From contig NC_043025.1 in assembly GCF_006345805.1 (NCBI RefSeq), forward strand, positions 6,882,001-6,946,000: a stretch of 64,000 nt of DNA, written 5' to 3'. Shown one piece after another: positions 1 through 13,084 of this stretch. Under the pieces are notes generated by a model. The model was not told where the DNA came from. It worked only from the letters and a program-made list of their open reading frames with translations, and did no database searches. The stretch's first letter is position 1; the number at the start of each line of letters is the position of its first letter. A program made the translations under genes and the position numbers. The stretch is from Octopus sinensis (taxonomy: Eukaryota).

Positions 1-399
1 CCACACCACCACCTATACATCACATCACCACCACCATCGCTACAACATTGCCAACAGTACGCCACCACCTATACATCACATCTACATTGCACCACTACCA
101 CCACCATGCACACCACTGTACGATACCATCACGTCCCCACCCCACACCACACCACCATTACAACATCCTTATCACTAACTAAACATCTTTTGTTACAGAA
201 GGACAAAGTAGAGGCTATTATTAGAAGGTCTGAGATTGTTGCTGTATGCACACACAGACACAAACACATATACGAAGCATGGAGACATACACGAACACCG
301 ATGTCTGAGATAAATACATACGCAGACACGTACATGCACACACAAACATATACAGACATACTGGGCATATGTGCACATACACTCACTGATGCATTACAG

Positions 400-1680
<1,281 letters not shown>

Positions 1681-1696
1681 GTGGTAGTAGTAGGCA

Positions 1697-2291
1697 GTGT
1701 GCTGGCAGAAACGTTAGCACGCCAGGCGAAATGCTTCACAGTATTTCGTCTGCCGTTACATTCTGAGTTCAAATTCCACCGAGGTCAACTTTGCCTTTCA
1801 TCCTTTTGGGGTTGATAAATTAAGTACCAGTTACGCACTGGGGTCGATGTAATTGACTTATTCCGTTCGTCTATCCTTGTTTGTCCTCTCTGTGTTTAGC
1901 CCCTTGTGGGTAGTAAAGAAATAGGTATTCGTCTGCCGTTACATTCTGAGTTCAAATTCCACCGAGGTCAACTTTGCCTTTCATCCTTTTGGGGTTGATA
2001 AATTAAGTACCAGTTACGCACTGGGGTCGATGTAATTGACTTATCCGTTCGTCTATCCTTGTTTGTCCTCTCTGTGTTTAGCCCCTTGTGGGTAGTAAAG
2101 AAATAGGTATTTCGTCTGCCGTTATGTTCTGAATTCAAATTCCGCCGAGGTCGACTTTGCCTTTCATCCTTTCGGGGTCGATTAAATAAGTACCAGTTAC
2201 GCACTGGGGTCGATGGAATCGACTTAATCCGTTTGTCTGTCCTTGTTTGTCCCCTCTGTGTTTAGCCCCTTGTGGGTAGTAAAGAAATAGG
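1697..2291 (+). mobile_element. SINE family B multimer: head plus 3 tandem ~183-bp units
   Basis: Head gctggcagaaacgttagcacgccaggcgaaatgc; units start at gtattt(c)gtctgcc at 1741, 1925 and 2107, each ending gggtagtaaagaaatag. Confidence 0.85.
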
Positions 2292-3732
2292 TAGTGGTGG
2301 TGGTGGTGGTAGTAGTAGTAGTAGTAGGAGGAGGAGACAATTTAAGCACAAACTACACAGTGCCATTTATAACGGGACCAGTGCCCCCACTAACAGTGTG
2401 CAAGCAATGTTCCCAACCCCAGCAATAAAGCTCCTGACAGGCATTATTATTTGTAACAAGTCTTCTGCTTCAAGCTGCAAAATCCTGCAACCTTCGTGTC
2501 CTCTTAAACGGACATAGTCCATCTAGGAGTACATTGTCTAATGTGTCCTTCCTCATTGCTGATCCAGTTGACGTATGATCAAATACATTCCGGCAGTGAC
2601 CATCCTGTCTTTTATTCAGACAATGCATTGAGGACTACAGGTCATTCCTCATCCGGTAGGTTTATGATCAAAGACGTTCCAGCTGTGACCATCCTGTCCT
2701 TTATTTAATGATAGTGTATCTAGGACTGCATTATCTAATGTGTCCTACCTTCCTTCTGTTTAGCCCTAGGTCATTCCTCATTCAGTGGACTTATGATCAA
2801 AGATGTTCCAGCTGTGACCATCCTATCTTTTATCCAGTCACAGTGTATCTCGGACCATATTATCTAAAGTGTCCTTCCTTGTTAACATCTAACACCAGGT
2901 CAGACCTGATTGCTCAGACCTTTCATCCTTTCAGGGTCGATAAATTAAGTACCAGTAAAACACTGGGGTCGATGTAATCAACTAGTCTCCACCTCCCCCA
3001 AAATGTCAGGCTTTGTGCCTTTAGCAGAAAGGATTATTATTATCAATATTATCATCATCATTATTTTACTCTTTACTTGTTTCAGTCATTTGACTGCGGC
3101 CATGCTGGAGCACCGCCTTTAGTCGACCAAATCGACCCCAGGACCAAATCGACACACGTACATATATATATATATATATATATACATATATACGACAGGT
3201 TTCTTTCAGTTTCCGTCTACCAAATCCACTCACAAGGCATTGTTCGGCCCGGGGCTATAGCAGAAGACACTTGCCCAAGATGCCACACAGTGGGACTGAA
3301 CCCAGAACCATGTGGTTGGTTAGCAAGCTACTTACCACACAGCCACTCCTGCGCCTATTATAAATATTATTATTATTATTATTATTATTATTACACAAAA
3401 ACTTACCTCTCTCCCCCGAAATTGCTGGCCTTGTGCTAAAATTCGAAAACCCTTTTTGCATAAAGGCAGGAAGCTGGCAAAACCATTAACATGCCAGAGG
3501 AATTGTCTGGCGTCATTTTGTCTGTTTTTACTTCCTGAATTAGAATTATGCCGAGGTTAACTTTACTTTTCATTCTTTCCAGATCCATAAATTAAGTACC
3601 AGTTGCACACTGGAGGCCTTATGCCTTTAGTAGAAAGGACTATTATTATTATTATTATTATTAAGATTATTATCTCCTTCATCCTTCCCCAATCTGGCAA
3701 ATAAATGAAATCATTATTGTTATTATTACTTA

Positions 3733-4132
3733 CTAGCAGTATCGCCCGGCGTTGCTCAGGTTTGGAAATAACTATATAAGCATTTTTAGAGATGTAAAGT
3801 ATAATAGCCATCTCAATATGGTTAACCACAAAGGGGGGGAGTGTTACTGTAGCTTTTTATGTTCTGAGTGTTAATAATACATTTTAAGAGAGTTACTTCC
3901 CTTATATAATAGCAAAAAAAAATGCATTAAAAATGGGGAAAAAATGATGGTAAATTTTTTTTTAAATCATAGACTCATCGTAGACGCGCGCTAATACCCA
4001 GAAGGGCTCGATATGAATCACGACTATAAGATACCCGGTTTTGGTTAAACTGCACCACAAAATGTGGGAGTAGTTAGGAATCTAAATCGTAGGAGACAGA
4101 CACTCACACAACTTCACTTTTATATATAAAGA
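3733..4132 (-). mobile_element. Non-autonomous Helitron-type element
   Basis: Minus strand begins a|TCtttatatataaaagtgaagttgtgtg and ends gagcaacgccgggcgatactgCTAG|t: 5' TC, 3' CTAG with a GC-rich subterminal motif, A|T insertion site and no TSD. Termini match the element at 56848-57239. Confidence 0.75.
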
Positions 4133-4144
4133 TTATTATTATCA

Positions 4145-4674
4145 AGGCAGCGAGATGGCAGAATGGTTAGCATGCCTGGCAAAATGCTTAGCAGGACTTC
4201 ATCTGCCGCTATGTTCCGAGTCCAAATTCTGCCAAGATCGACTTGCTTTCCATCCTTTCGGGGTCAATTGAATAAGTACCAGTTATGCGCTGAGGTCGAT
4301 GTAATCGACTTAAACCCTTCCCCCAAATTTGAGGCCTTGTGCTTCCAGTAAAAAGAATTATTGTTGTTATTATTATTATTATTATTATTGCCCCCCCCCC
4401 CCCACTCATCCTTCCCCATTGTGGCAAATAAATGAAATTATTGTTATTATTATTATTAAGATGGCAGGGAGCTGGCAGAATCATTAGCACGCCGGGCAAA
4501 ATGCTTAGTGGCGTTTCGTCTGTCAGTACATTCTGAGTTCAAATTCCACCAAGGTTGACTTTGCCTTACATCCTTTTGGGGTCAATAAATTAAGTACCAG
4601 TTGTGTACTGGGGTCAATGAAATCAACTTAGCCCCCACCACTGAATTTCAGACCTTGTGCCTATAGTAGAAAGG

Positions 4675-4710
<36 letters not shown>
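4145..4710 (+). mobile_element. Two monomeric SINE family B copies with (ATT)n tails
   Basis: aaggcagcgagatggcagaatggttag... and aagatggcagggagctggcagaatc...; body gagttcaaatt...tttcatcctttcggggtc...aagtaccagtt; (att)n tail. More decayed monomers lie near 2910-3050, 3470-3660, 5820-6000, 7190-7640, 7895-8100, 14690-14900 and 20400-20550. Confidence 0.75.
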
Positions 4711-5130
4711 GAGTGAGAGAGCAGTGCATGCCATCAAAGTGACACTCGGGTAAAATATATGAAGCCTAGTGTACCCATCTTTACCCATCCAATAAAGGTA
4801 CACCAGGCACACGCATCACAACCATATGTGAACGACATGGTGATCTCATATCAAGATAAACAGCGCATAATCTTGCAGGTGGGGCCCAGTTTGAATTTTC
4901 TTCAGGTTGAGTAGCCCATCCCGCTCAAAAGGTCCCTAAATAAAGTTTGTTTAAGGATGTTGAGCCAAACGCCCATTTTTCCAAAGGTGAATTATTCAAA
5001 CCCCAAAGAATCCCTCTCAACACATGGCTATGATGCCCCCCCCCCACTACTTCTGCTCATGATCAGAGATGCACATATCGTCAGCCACTAAGGGACATGC
5101 TCAACTGGTTAAGGTCAAACAACTGACAAG

Positions 5131-5820
5131 TAAATCTGTGGTATTGAGCAGAATATTTACTGTAGGCCATCTTTTATACCAAGACAAAACAATGTACATG
5201 ATAACACTTCCAATCAGTTAAGATCAGAAGCCATGAGAGCCACTGCCTGGTACTGCATCAGGGCATTAGCAAATCTGTGGTATTGAGCAGAATATTTGCT
5301 GTAGCCCATCTTTTATACCAAGACAAAACAATGTACATGATAACACTTCCAATCAGTTAAGATCAGAAGCCATGAGAGCCACTGCCTGGTACTGCATCAG
5401 GGCATTAGCAAATCTGTGGTATTGAGCAGAATATTTGCTGTAGCCCATCTTTTATACGAAGACAAAACAATGTACGTGATAACACTTCCAATCAGTTAAG
5501 ATCAGAAGCCATGAGAGCCACTGCCTGTACTGCATCAGGGCATTAGCAAATCTGTGGTATTGAGCAGAATATTTGCTGTAGCCCATCTTTTATACCAAGA
5601 CAAAACAATGTACATGATAACACTTCCAATCAGTTAAGATCAGAAGCCATGAGAGCCACTGCCTGGTACTGCATCAGGGCATTAGCAAATCTGTGGTATT
5701 GAGCAGAATATTTGCTGTAGCCCATCTTTTATACGAAGACAAAACAATGTACGTGATAACACTTCCAATCAGTTAAGATCAGAAGCCATGAGAGCCACTG
5801 CCTGGTACTGCATCAGGGCA
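5131..5820. repeat. 140-bp tandem repeat, 5 copies
   Basis: aaatctgtggtattgagcagaatatttgctgtagcccatc...gcctggtactgcatcagggcattagc, near-identical copies. Confidence 0.95.
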
Positions 5821-6018
5821 AAATGCCTAGTGGCATTTCACCCACCTTTACATTCTGAGTTCAAATTCCACTGAGGTCAACTTTATCATTTATCCTTTCA
5901 GGGTCAATAAAATAAGTACCAGTTACGCACTGGTGTCAACAAAATCAACTTAACCTCCTCTCAACCCAAATTTGCTGGCCTTGCTCCAAAATTTGAAACA
6001 ATTATTATTATTATTATT

Positions 6019-6382
6019 ATTACCTCCACCTTTGCGAAAGCTGAGGTACTGTTTTCAGTCGTGTTTGTTTGTCCGTGGACAAGATATCTCAAGAACCACT
6101 GGATGGATTCAGATGAAACTTTCAGGGATGTTTGGCCTCATGACTGGCACAAACTGATTAGATTTGGGGATCAATCTGGTGCCGGACAAAGATTCTGGAT
6201 TATTTTTTCTGATTTTTTAACTTAATTATTGAGAGCAGTCAGGTTCATTTTTAGTATTCTCGTTAGTGAGAGCAATCGAGTTTATTTCAGATATTCTCAT
6301 TTTAAAAATCATCTCTGGCTAATCATTGAGAGGACGTTGGTGTTGCCTTGGTGAATGTTTACACGCTCTGAGTAATCTTGTT
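6019..6382 (+). mobile_element. Helentron-associated (DINE/HINE-like) non-autonomous element
   Basis: Starts attACCTCcaCCTTTgcgAAAGctGAGGT (5' hairpin), has a gtttgtttgt tract, and ends ccttggtgaatgtttacacgctctgagtaatcttgtt. The architecture resembles HINE/DINE elements. A second partial copy lies at 56641-56786. Confidence 0.5.
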
Positions 6383-6392
6383 ATTATTGTTA

Positions 6393-6423
<31 letters not shown>

Positions 6424-6649
6424 GTCGTTAATGCATGGTACTTTGGTGCAGCAGCTGTTGTCGTTGTCAGCATCGTTAACAGTGCTGCCATCTGTTGCTC
6501 TCGTTTGCCAAAATATATAAAGAAATCAAAAGTGGGTCATTAGAATGTTAGAATGTGGTTAGAATTTCTAGCGTCTTCTGGTATTTCAAAACTTCATTAT
6601 CCAGCATCTCACCACAAGTGATGCTGTTAATTTTAATTCGACTGTGTGT

Positions 6650-6769
6650 GTGAGAGGGAGAGAGGAGGGAGGATAACATGAGGAGAGAGAGAGAGAGAGT
6701 TAGAGACAGATAGACAGACAGAGGGAGGGAGGGAGGGAGAGAGGGAGGGAGAGAGGAGGGAGGATAACA

Positions 6770-6831
<62 letters not shown>

Positions 6832-7150
6832 AGAGACAGATAGACAGAGGGAGGGAGGGAGGGAGGGAAGAGGGAGGATAACATGAGGGAGAGTTAGGGA
6901 GAGAGTTAGAGACAGACAGAGGGAGGGAGGGAGGGAAAAGAAAGGATAGCATGAAAGAGACAGAATGAGGAAGGGAGAGAAAGAGGGTGGGATGAGAAAG
7001 AGGGTGGTATGTGAAAGAGGAAGAGGCAAAAGAGAAAGAGAGGAGGAGAGAGCGAGAAGGAAGAGAGAAAGGGGGGAGAGAGAGGGAGGAAAAGGGAGAG
7101 GAGTGAAGGGAAGGGGAGAGAGAAAAAGGGAGGGAGAGAAAGAGAGGGAA
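6650..7150. repeat. Homopurine (GA-rich) tract
   Basis: About 500 bp almost entirely G/A on plus, with a module (ggataacatgag...gttagagacaga) repeated three times. Confidence 0.9.
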
Positions 7151-7655
7151 AGTGCAAGTGACAAGGCTGAGAACACAATCATAACCCTTTCTACTGAAGG
7201 CACAAGGCCTGAAATTTTGTGTGGGGGGGGGGGAATTGATTACATCACCCCCAGTGTTTCACTATGCAATATTTATCGACCCCCAAAAGGATGAAAGGCA
7301 AAGTCGACCTCGGCACAGTTTGAACTCAGAACATAAAGACAGACGGTTTCAAATTTGCCCCAAGGGCAGCAATTTTAGCAGGAGGGGATAAATCAATTTC
7401 ATCAACCCCAGTGTTCAACTGGTACTCCTTTTACCGACCCCAAAAGAATGACAGGCAAAGTTGACCTCGGCGGAATTTGAACTCAGAACACGAAGACTGT
7501 GTGCTAACGATTCTGCCAGCTCACCACCTTAATAATAATAATCTTTTCTACTCTAAGCACAAAGCTCGAAATTTTGGGGGAGGGGGCCAGTCGATTAGAT
7601 CGACCCCCGAAAGGATGAAAGGCAAAGTCAACCTCGGCGGAATTAATAATATAAC

Positions 7656-7690
<35 letters not shown>

Positions 7691-8142
7691 TGATATAATA
7701 ATAATAATAATTATCATTATTATTATTATTATTACTTAATAATAATGATATAATAATAATAATTATTATTACTTAATAATAATGGTATAATAATAATTAT
7801 TATTACTATTATTATTATTATTACTTAATAATAATAATAATGATATAATAATAATAATAATTATTACTATTATTATTACTTAATAATAATAATGGTTTCA
7901 AATTTTTCCACAGGGGCAGCAGTTTTGAGGGAGGGGGTAAGTCGATTGCATTGACCCCAGTGTTTCAAAGGTACTTAATTTATTGACCCCCACCCCTGAA
8001 AGGATGAAAGGCAAACGCGACCTCAGTGGAATTTGAACTCAGAACATAGTGACAAGTGAAAAGCCGCTAAGCATTTCATCCCATGCGGCAACGATTCCGC
8101 CAATTGCCGAATGATTTGTTTATATAAGTGTATGCATTAAAT

Positions 8143-8360
8143 GACTGCAGAATAACATGTGGAGATAATGAAGAAACAATTAACCACATTATATCCGGCT
8201 GCTCAGTGGAGGCCACAAGAGAGAACAACAGCAGACAGGACAGGGTTAGACTTGCGTACACTGAAAATGGTACCAGCATTATGAAATAATTAACCTGATT
8301 ATCTCTGGCTGCCCAGTCTTAATTGAGAAAAGATACACCCACAGATGTGAGAGGGTCGGG
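8143..8360 (+). mobile_element. Fragments of an RLE-type (R4/Dong-like) non-LTR retrotransposon zinc knuckle, two partial copies
   Basis: DCRITCGDNEETINHIISGC...RQDRV, then EIINLIISGCPVLIEKRYTHRCERVG. This matches the C-x-x-C...ET-x-x-H-x-x-SGC...RH-x-x-V motif of RLE-clade LINEs. Confidence 0.7.
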
Positions 8361-8934
8361 GGCTTATGGCAGCATTAGAAAATACAGGAAAGCGGCTGGG
8401 TTAGTTAGTTACCCTTTCACTCTTTTACTTGTTTCAGTCATTTGACTGCGGCCATGCTGGAGCACCGCCTTTAGTCGACCAAATCGACCCCGGGACTTAT
8501 CCTTTGTAAGCCCAGTACTTATTCTATCGGTCTCTTTTGCCGAACCGCTAAGTGACAGGGACGTAAACACACCAGCATCGGTTGTCAAGCAATGCTAGGA
8601 AGACAAACACAGACACACAAACACATATACACATAGATAGATATATATACATATATACGACAGGCTTCTTTCAGTTTCCGTCTACCAAATCCACTCACAA
8701 GGCAGAAAACACTTGCCCAAGATGCCATGCAGTGGGACTGAACCTGGAGCCATGTGGTTGGTTAGAAAGGCTTCTTTCAATTTCCGTCTACCAAATCCAC
8801 TCACAAGGCAGAAAACACTTGCCCAAGATGCCACGCAGTGGGACTGAACCCGGAACCATGTGGTTGGTTAGCAAGGCTCAAAAAGCAAAAAGCAAGGCCA
8901 TGTAGGGGGACATGGAGTTATGTACAGAGTGGTG

Positions 8935-9160
8935 TTCATGTAAAGAGTTCAAGCCACTTGAAGTCAAGGGAAACTTTGAACCGAGCGGTCGTCGGCATCT
9001 TCACTATCTCGTCCGGCAGCTTATTCCACGGATCCACAACCCGGACGGAGAAAACCCCTCTCCTTCGATTGAGATGAAATCATCGCAGATAGAGCTTTTC
9101 GGAATGACCCCGCAGCTGACGCTCGTTCAATGCTTGCAAATATTATCCGGTTGCCGCCCC
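8935..9160 (-). mobile_element. 3' end of a CR1-clade LINE ORF2
   Basis: Minus strand: QLRGHSEKLYLR*FHLNRRRGVFSVRVVDPWNKLPDEIVKMPTTARFKVSLDFKWLELFT*, with the RGH..KL / FS.RV...WN.LP..V motif of CR1 C-termini. Confidence 0.8.
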
Positions 9161-9815
9161 CTTGACGCCTAGGCCACATTCCTAACACACACACACACAC
9201 ACTCATGGCCACAAATATAGACCACTTTCTGAGGCAAATTAAAAAAAACTGTATTTCACAAATAAATCTAAATCTATTATTTAGTTGTTTTTACATCCAT
9301 CGCCTCCTTTTGGCCACCGCATTATTGCCCCCACATTTCTTCAATCGTCCCCGCTGGATTTTTCCACCGTCCCCTAGGGATGGAGCAGTACTGCCCATTT
9401 TGGGGACGGTCTGAGAGAGAGGTCTGAGAGAGTCACAAAGCAGCCATACTCTGGGATACACCAATACATACGCAAACAGTAAGACCAAGGCTATATATCC
9501 ATCGTCCCCTTTTGGCCAATCCATTACTGCGTCCATATTTCTTCAATGCCCCCCACTGGATTTTTCTACAGTCCCCTAGGGATGGGGGGCAGTACTGCCC
9601 ATTTTGGGAAAAGTCTGAGAGAAAGGCAAAGCAACCATACTCTTATGCTTAATGTTCCTTCTCGAGCCATGTCAGGCTCATAAGGGCCGGTTTCCCAGTT
9701 TCAGTGGCATAAGCCTAGTACTTATTCTATCGGTCTCTTTTGCGGAACCGCTAAGTAACGGAGATGTAAACACACCAGCATCCGTTGTCAAGCGATGTTG
9801 GGGGGACAAACACAG

Positions 9816-9866
<51 letters not shown>

Positions 9867-10101
9867 TACGACAAGCTTCTTTCAGTTTCCGTCTACCAAA
9901 TCCACTCACAAGGCTTTGGTCGGCCCGAGGCTATAGTAGAAGACACTTGTCCAAGGTGCTTTCACTCATTTGGATTTAAACGAGTTAATTCGGACATTGA
10001 AAAAATATATATAACTTAACTATCTTCGATTTTTTATAAGATGTATTGCTTTTAAATCAAAGGAAAAGTTTTTTTTCAAAATGAGACAGAATGATAATTT
10101 T

Positions 10102-10470
10102 TAAAACACACTAAGTTACCTTGCAGACATCACACATGTATCTGCTTTCTCTTCAAATCTTCTTTCCTTTAGCATCTCTCTCTTCTGTGCATTTTGCACA
10201 CTGTCTTATAGGGTTCTTTTTCTTATCATTTGATGGTATTTCCATGGGAAAGTGACCAGCTGGGGCAAATCTTGTTGGATGTGGGATCGATGATGGTCTT
10301 CCTGGTTTCGTGGGAGGCAATAAGGGCCTATATTTTTTTAATAATCTTGGTGATTATTTGCATTCTAAATTTCAGCGGTTTCATAGCAGAAGCTGAAGAT
10401 TCCAAAGATGCTTTATACAAAACATAAGCATTCCAGATAGCCAAATCCATCAAATGAAAAAATACTAATT
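10102..10470 (-). pseudogene. Decayed piggyBac (PGBD4-like) transposase C-terminus
   Basis: Minus strand gives FFHLMDLAIWNAYVLYK...LKFRMQIITKII, then after a frameshift PGRPSSIPHPTRFAPAGHFPMEIPSNDKKKNPIRQCAKCTEERDAKGKKI*RESRYMCDVCKVT*C. This is the end of the DDD domain plus the Cys-rich C-terminal domain typical of piggyBac transposases. In-frame stops at 10153-10155 and 10111-10113. Confidence 0.85.
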
Positions 10471-10529
10471 TTTTTTAAACAACGCGAATAAATTCGTGAT
10501 TGCTCAAAATTAAACGATATAAAACAAAT

Positions 10530-11440
10530 AAACTCGTTTGAGAGAACCATCCGAGCGTGATCGTTGCCAAAGCAGCTATCTGGCCTCTGTGCCGGTGGCA
10601 TGTAAAAGGCACCATTCGAGTATGATCGTTATCAAAGTCGCCTTACTAGCACCTGTGCCGGTGGCATGTGAAAAAGATTCGAGCGAGGTCGTTGCCAGTA
10701 CCACTAAACTGGCCCTCATGCCAGTGGCACGTAAAAGCAACCACTACACTCTCGGAGCGTTAGGAAGGGCATCCGGCTGTAGAAACTCTGCCAGATCAAG
10801 ATTGAAGCCTGGTGCAGCCATCTGGTTCGCCAGCCCGCGATCAAATCGTCCAACCCATGCTAGCATGGAAAGCAGACATTAAACGATTATCAATGGAAAT
10901 AGTAGTTGTGATACCTGTGCCGGTGGCACATAAAAAGCACCATCTGAACGTGGCCGTTGCCAGCGCCGCCTCGACTGGCTTCTGTGCCGGTGGCACATAA
11001 AAAGCACCATCTGAACGTGGGCGATGCCAGCGCTGCCTCGACTAGCTTCTGTGCTGGTGGCACATAAAAATCACCATCCGAACGTGGCCGATGCCAGCGC
11101 CGCCTCGACTGGCTTCTGTGCTGGTGGCATATAAAAAGCACCATCCGAACTTGGCCGATGCCATCGCCGCCTCGACTGGCTTCTGTGCCGGTGGCACGTT
11201 AAAAGCACCAACCGATTGTGGCCGATGCGAGACTCCCCTGGCACCTGTGCAGGTGGCACGTAAAAAGCACCCACTACACTCGCGGAGTGGTTGGCGTTAG
11301 GAAGGGCATCCAGCTGTAGAAACACTGCCAGATCAGACTGGAGCCTGGTGCAGCCTCTGGCTTCCCAGACCCCGGTCGAACCATCCAACCCGTGCTAGCG
11401 CGGAAAACGGACGTTAAACGATGATGATGATGATGATGAG
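10530..11440 (+). mobile_element. Two adjacent VNTR-containing retroposons with (ATG)n-type tail
   Basis: Modules containing ggtggcac(g/a)taaaaagcacc are followed by the conserved 3' part ccactacactctcggag...ttaggaagggcatccagctgtagaaac...ccaacccatgctagcatggaa...gttaaacgatgatgatg. The second copy has a 67-bp unit at 10917, 10984, 11051, 11118 and 11185. Confidence 0.75.
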
Positions 11441-12433
11441 TGCTAAAATTAAAAGTTAATTTTGCCCGAGTATACCTGTCTGGTTCTAAAAAGATACATT
11501 TGCAATGCACAAGTAAACTCGGGGATAATCCATTAAGGGGTTAAGAAACAGTCAGAGATGAAGCAGTAATAGCTGCAAAGAGGTAAATAATGGTGATGAG
11601 GGGAGTCTGGGTGGCAGGCATCTCGAGGTGTTGAGCAATTCTGAGATGTTTATTGGGTGTGGTCGAGAAGGGCTGTGAGAAAATCAGATGAAAATGACAA
11701 ACAAACAAATCGGTGCTTTAGAAACGAGGTTCCTCGGGATGTTTGTTCTGCAGTGACTAACAGACACTCCCCTTGTCACTTCTGCTGTTGACTGGGGGAT
11801 CATTTTGTGAAACAACTTGTAACCAAGGACACTATCACAATAGAATAATATAAAAAGGAATAAATCTAGAGATGGAGAGAGAGAGAGAGAATGAGAGAGT
11901 GGGTGAGAGAGAGGGTGAGTGGAAGAGAGTGGGTCAGAGAGTTTGGTTGAGAGAGAGAAAGAGAGAGAGAGAGAGCTATTAATCAATGGAGACTGTGATG
12001 AAGTGGTTTAACCGGAAACTTCTATGAAACCAGAAAATATAAAAGATTAGAAGATTACAGTATGTACACACACACACACGTATATCTTTTTATCTTTTCC
12101 TTGTTTCAGTCGTCTGACTGCGGCCATGCTGGGGCACCACCTTGAAGGGTTTCAGACAAACAAATTGACCCCAAAAAGTTTTTTTTTTCTTTTTTTCTTT
12201 TAAACCTAGCACTTAATCCCTAGTTCTGTTATTGGTCTCTTTCGCCAAACTGGTAAATTACAGGGACGTAAACACACCAACACCGGTTGTCAAGTGATGG
12301 TCGGGGGGACAAACACAAAGACATACACATGTGTCTGTGTGTTTACATGTATATACACACACATATATACGTACAAGCATACATATATACGCACACATAT
12401 ATACACACATATATACAGACACACACATATGGA

Positions 12434-12817
12434 TGGAAGCACTCCGTCGGTTACGACGATGAGGGTTCCGGTTGATCCGAATCAACGGAACAGCCTGCTC
12501 ATGAAATTAACATGTAAGTGGCCGAGCACACCACAGACACATGTACCCTTAACGTAGTTCTCGGAGATATTCAGCGTGACACAGAGAGTGACAAGGCCGG
12601 CCCTTTGAAATACAGGTACAACAGAAACAGGAAGTAAGAGTGAGAGAAAGTTGTGGTGAAAGAGTACAGCAGGGATCGTCACCTCCCCTGCCGGAGCCTC
12701 GTGGAGCTTTAGGTGTTTTCGCTCAATAAACACTCACAACGCCCGGTCTGGGAATCGAAACCGCGATCCTACGACCGTGAGTCCGCTGCCCTAACCACTG
12801 GGCCATTGTGCCTCCAC
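12434..12817 (-). mobile_element. tRNA(Arg)-like SINE family C, full length
   Basis: Reverse complement begins gtggaggcacaatggcccagtggttagggcagcggactc...ggtttcgattccc (A and B boxes) and matches 61649-62033. Confidence 0.85.
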
Positions 12818-13084
12818 ATACACACATATACAGATACATACACACATGTACATACACAGATATATAATAGATAACTGATGAAGGTAACAGAATATAGATT
12901 TGGCAGCGGTCTTTATTCAGCACAACGATTGCTTCGACTCATCTGTTATAGGTAGAATTTTGATACAGCAAACTAAAAATAACATGCTTAGGACATCTCC
13001 ATATATTTAGCAGGAAGACCTCACCTTCTCATGTACATACACAAAATGCAGAGATACAGTCAGGTGCACGAAACTGCACAGATT

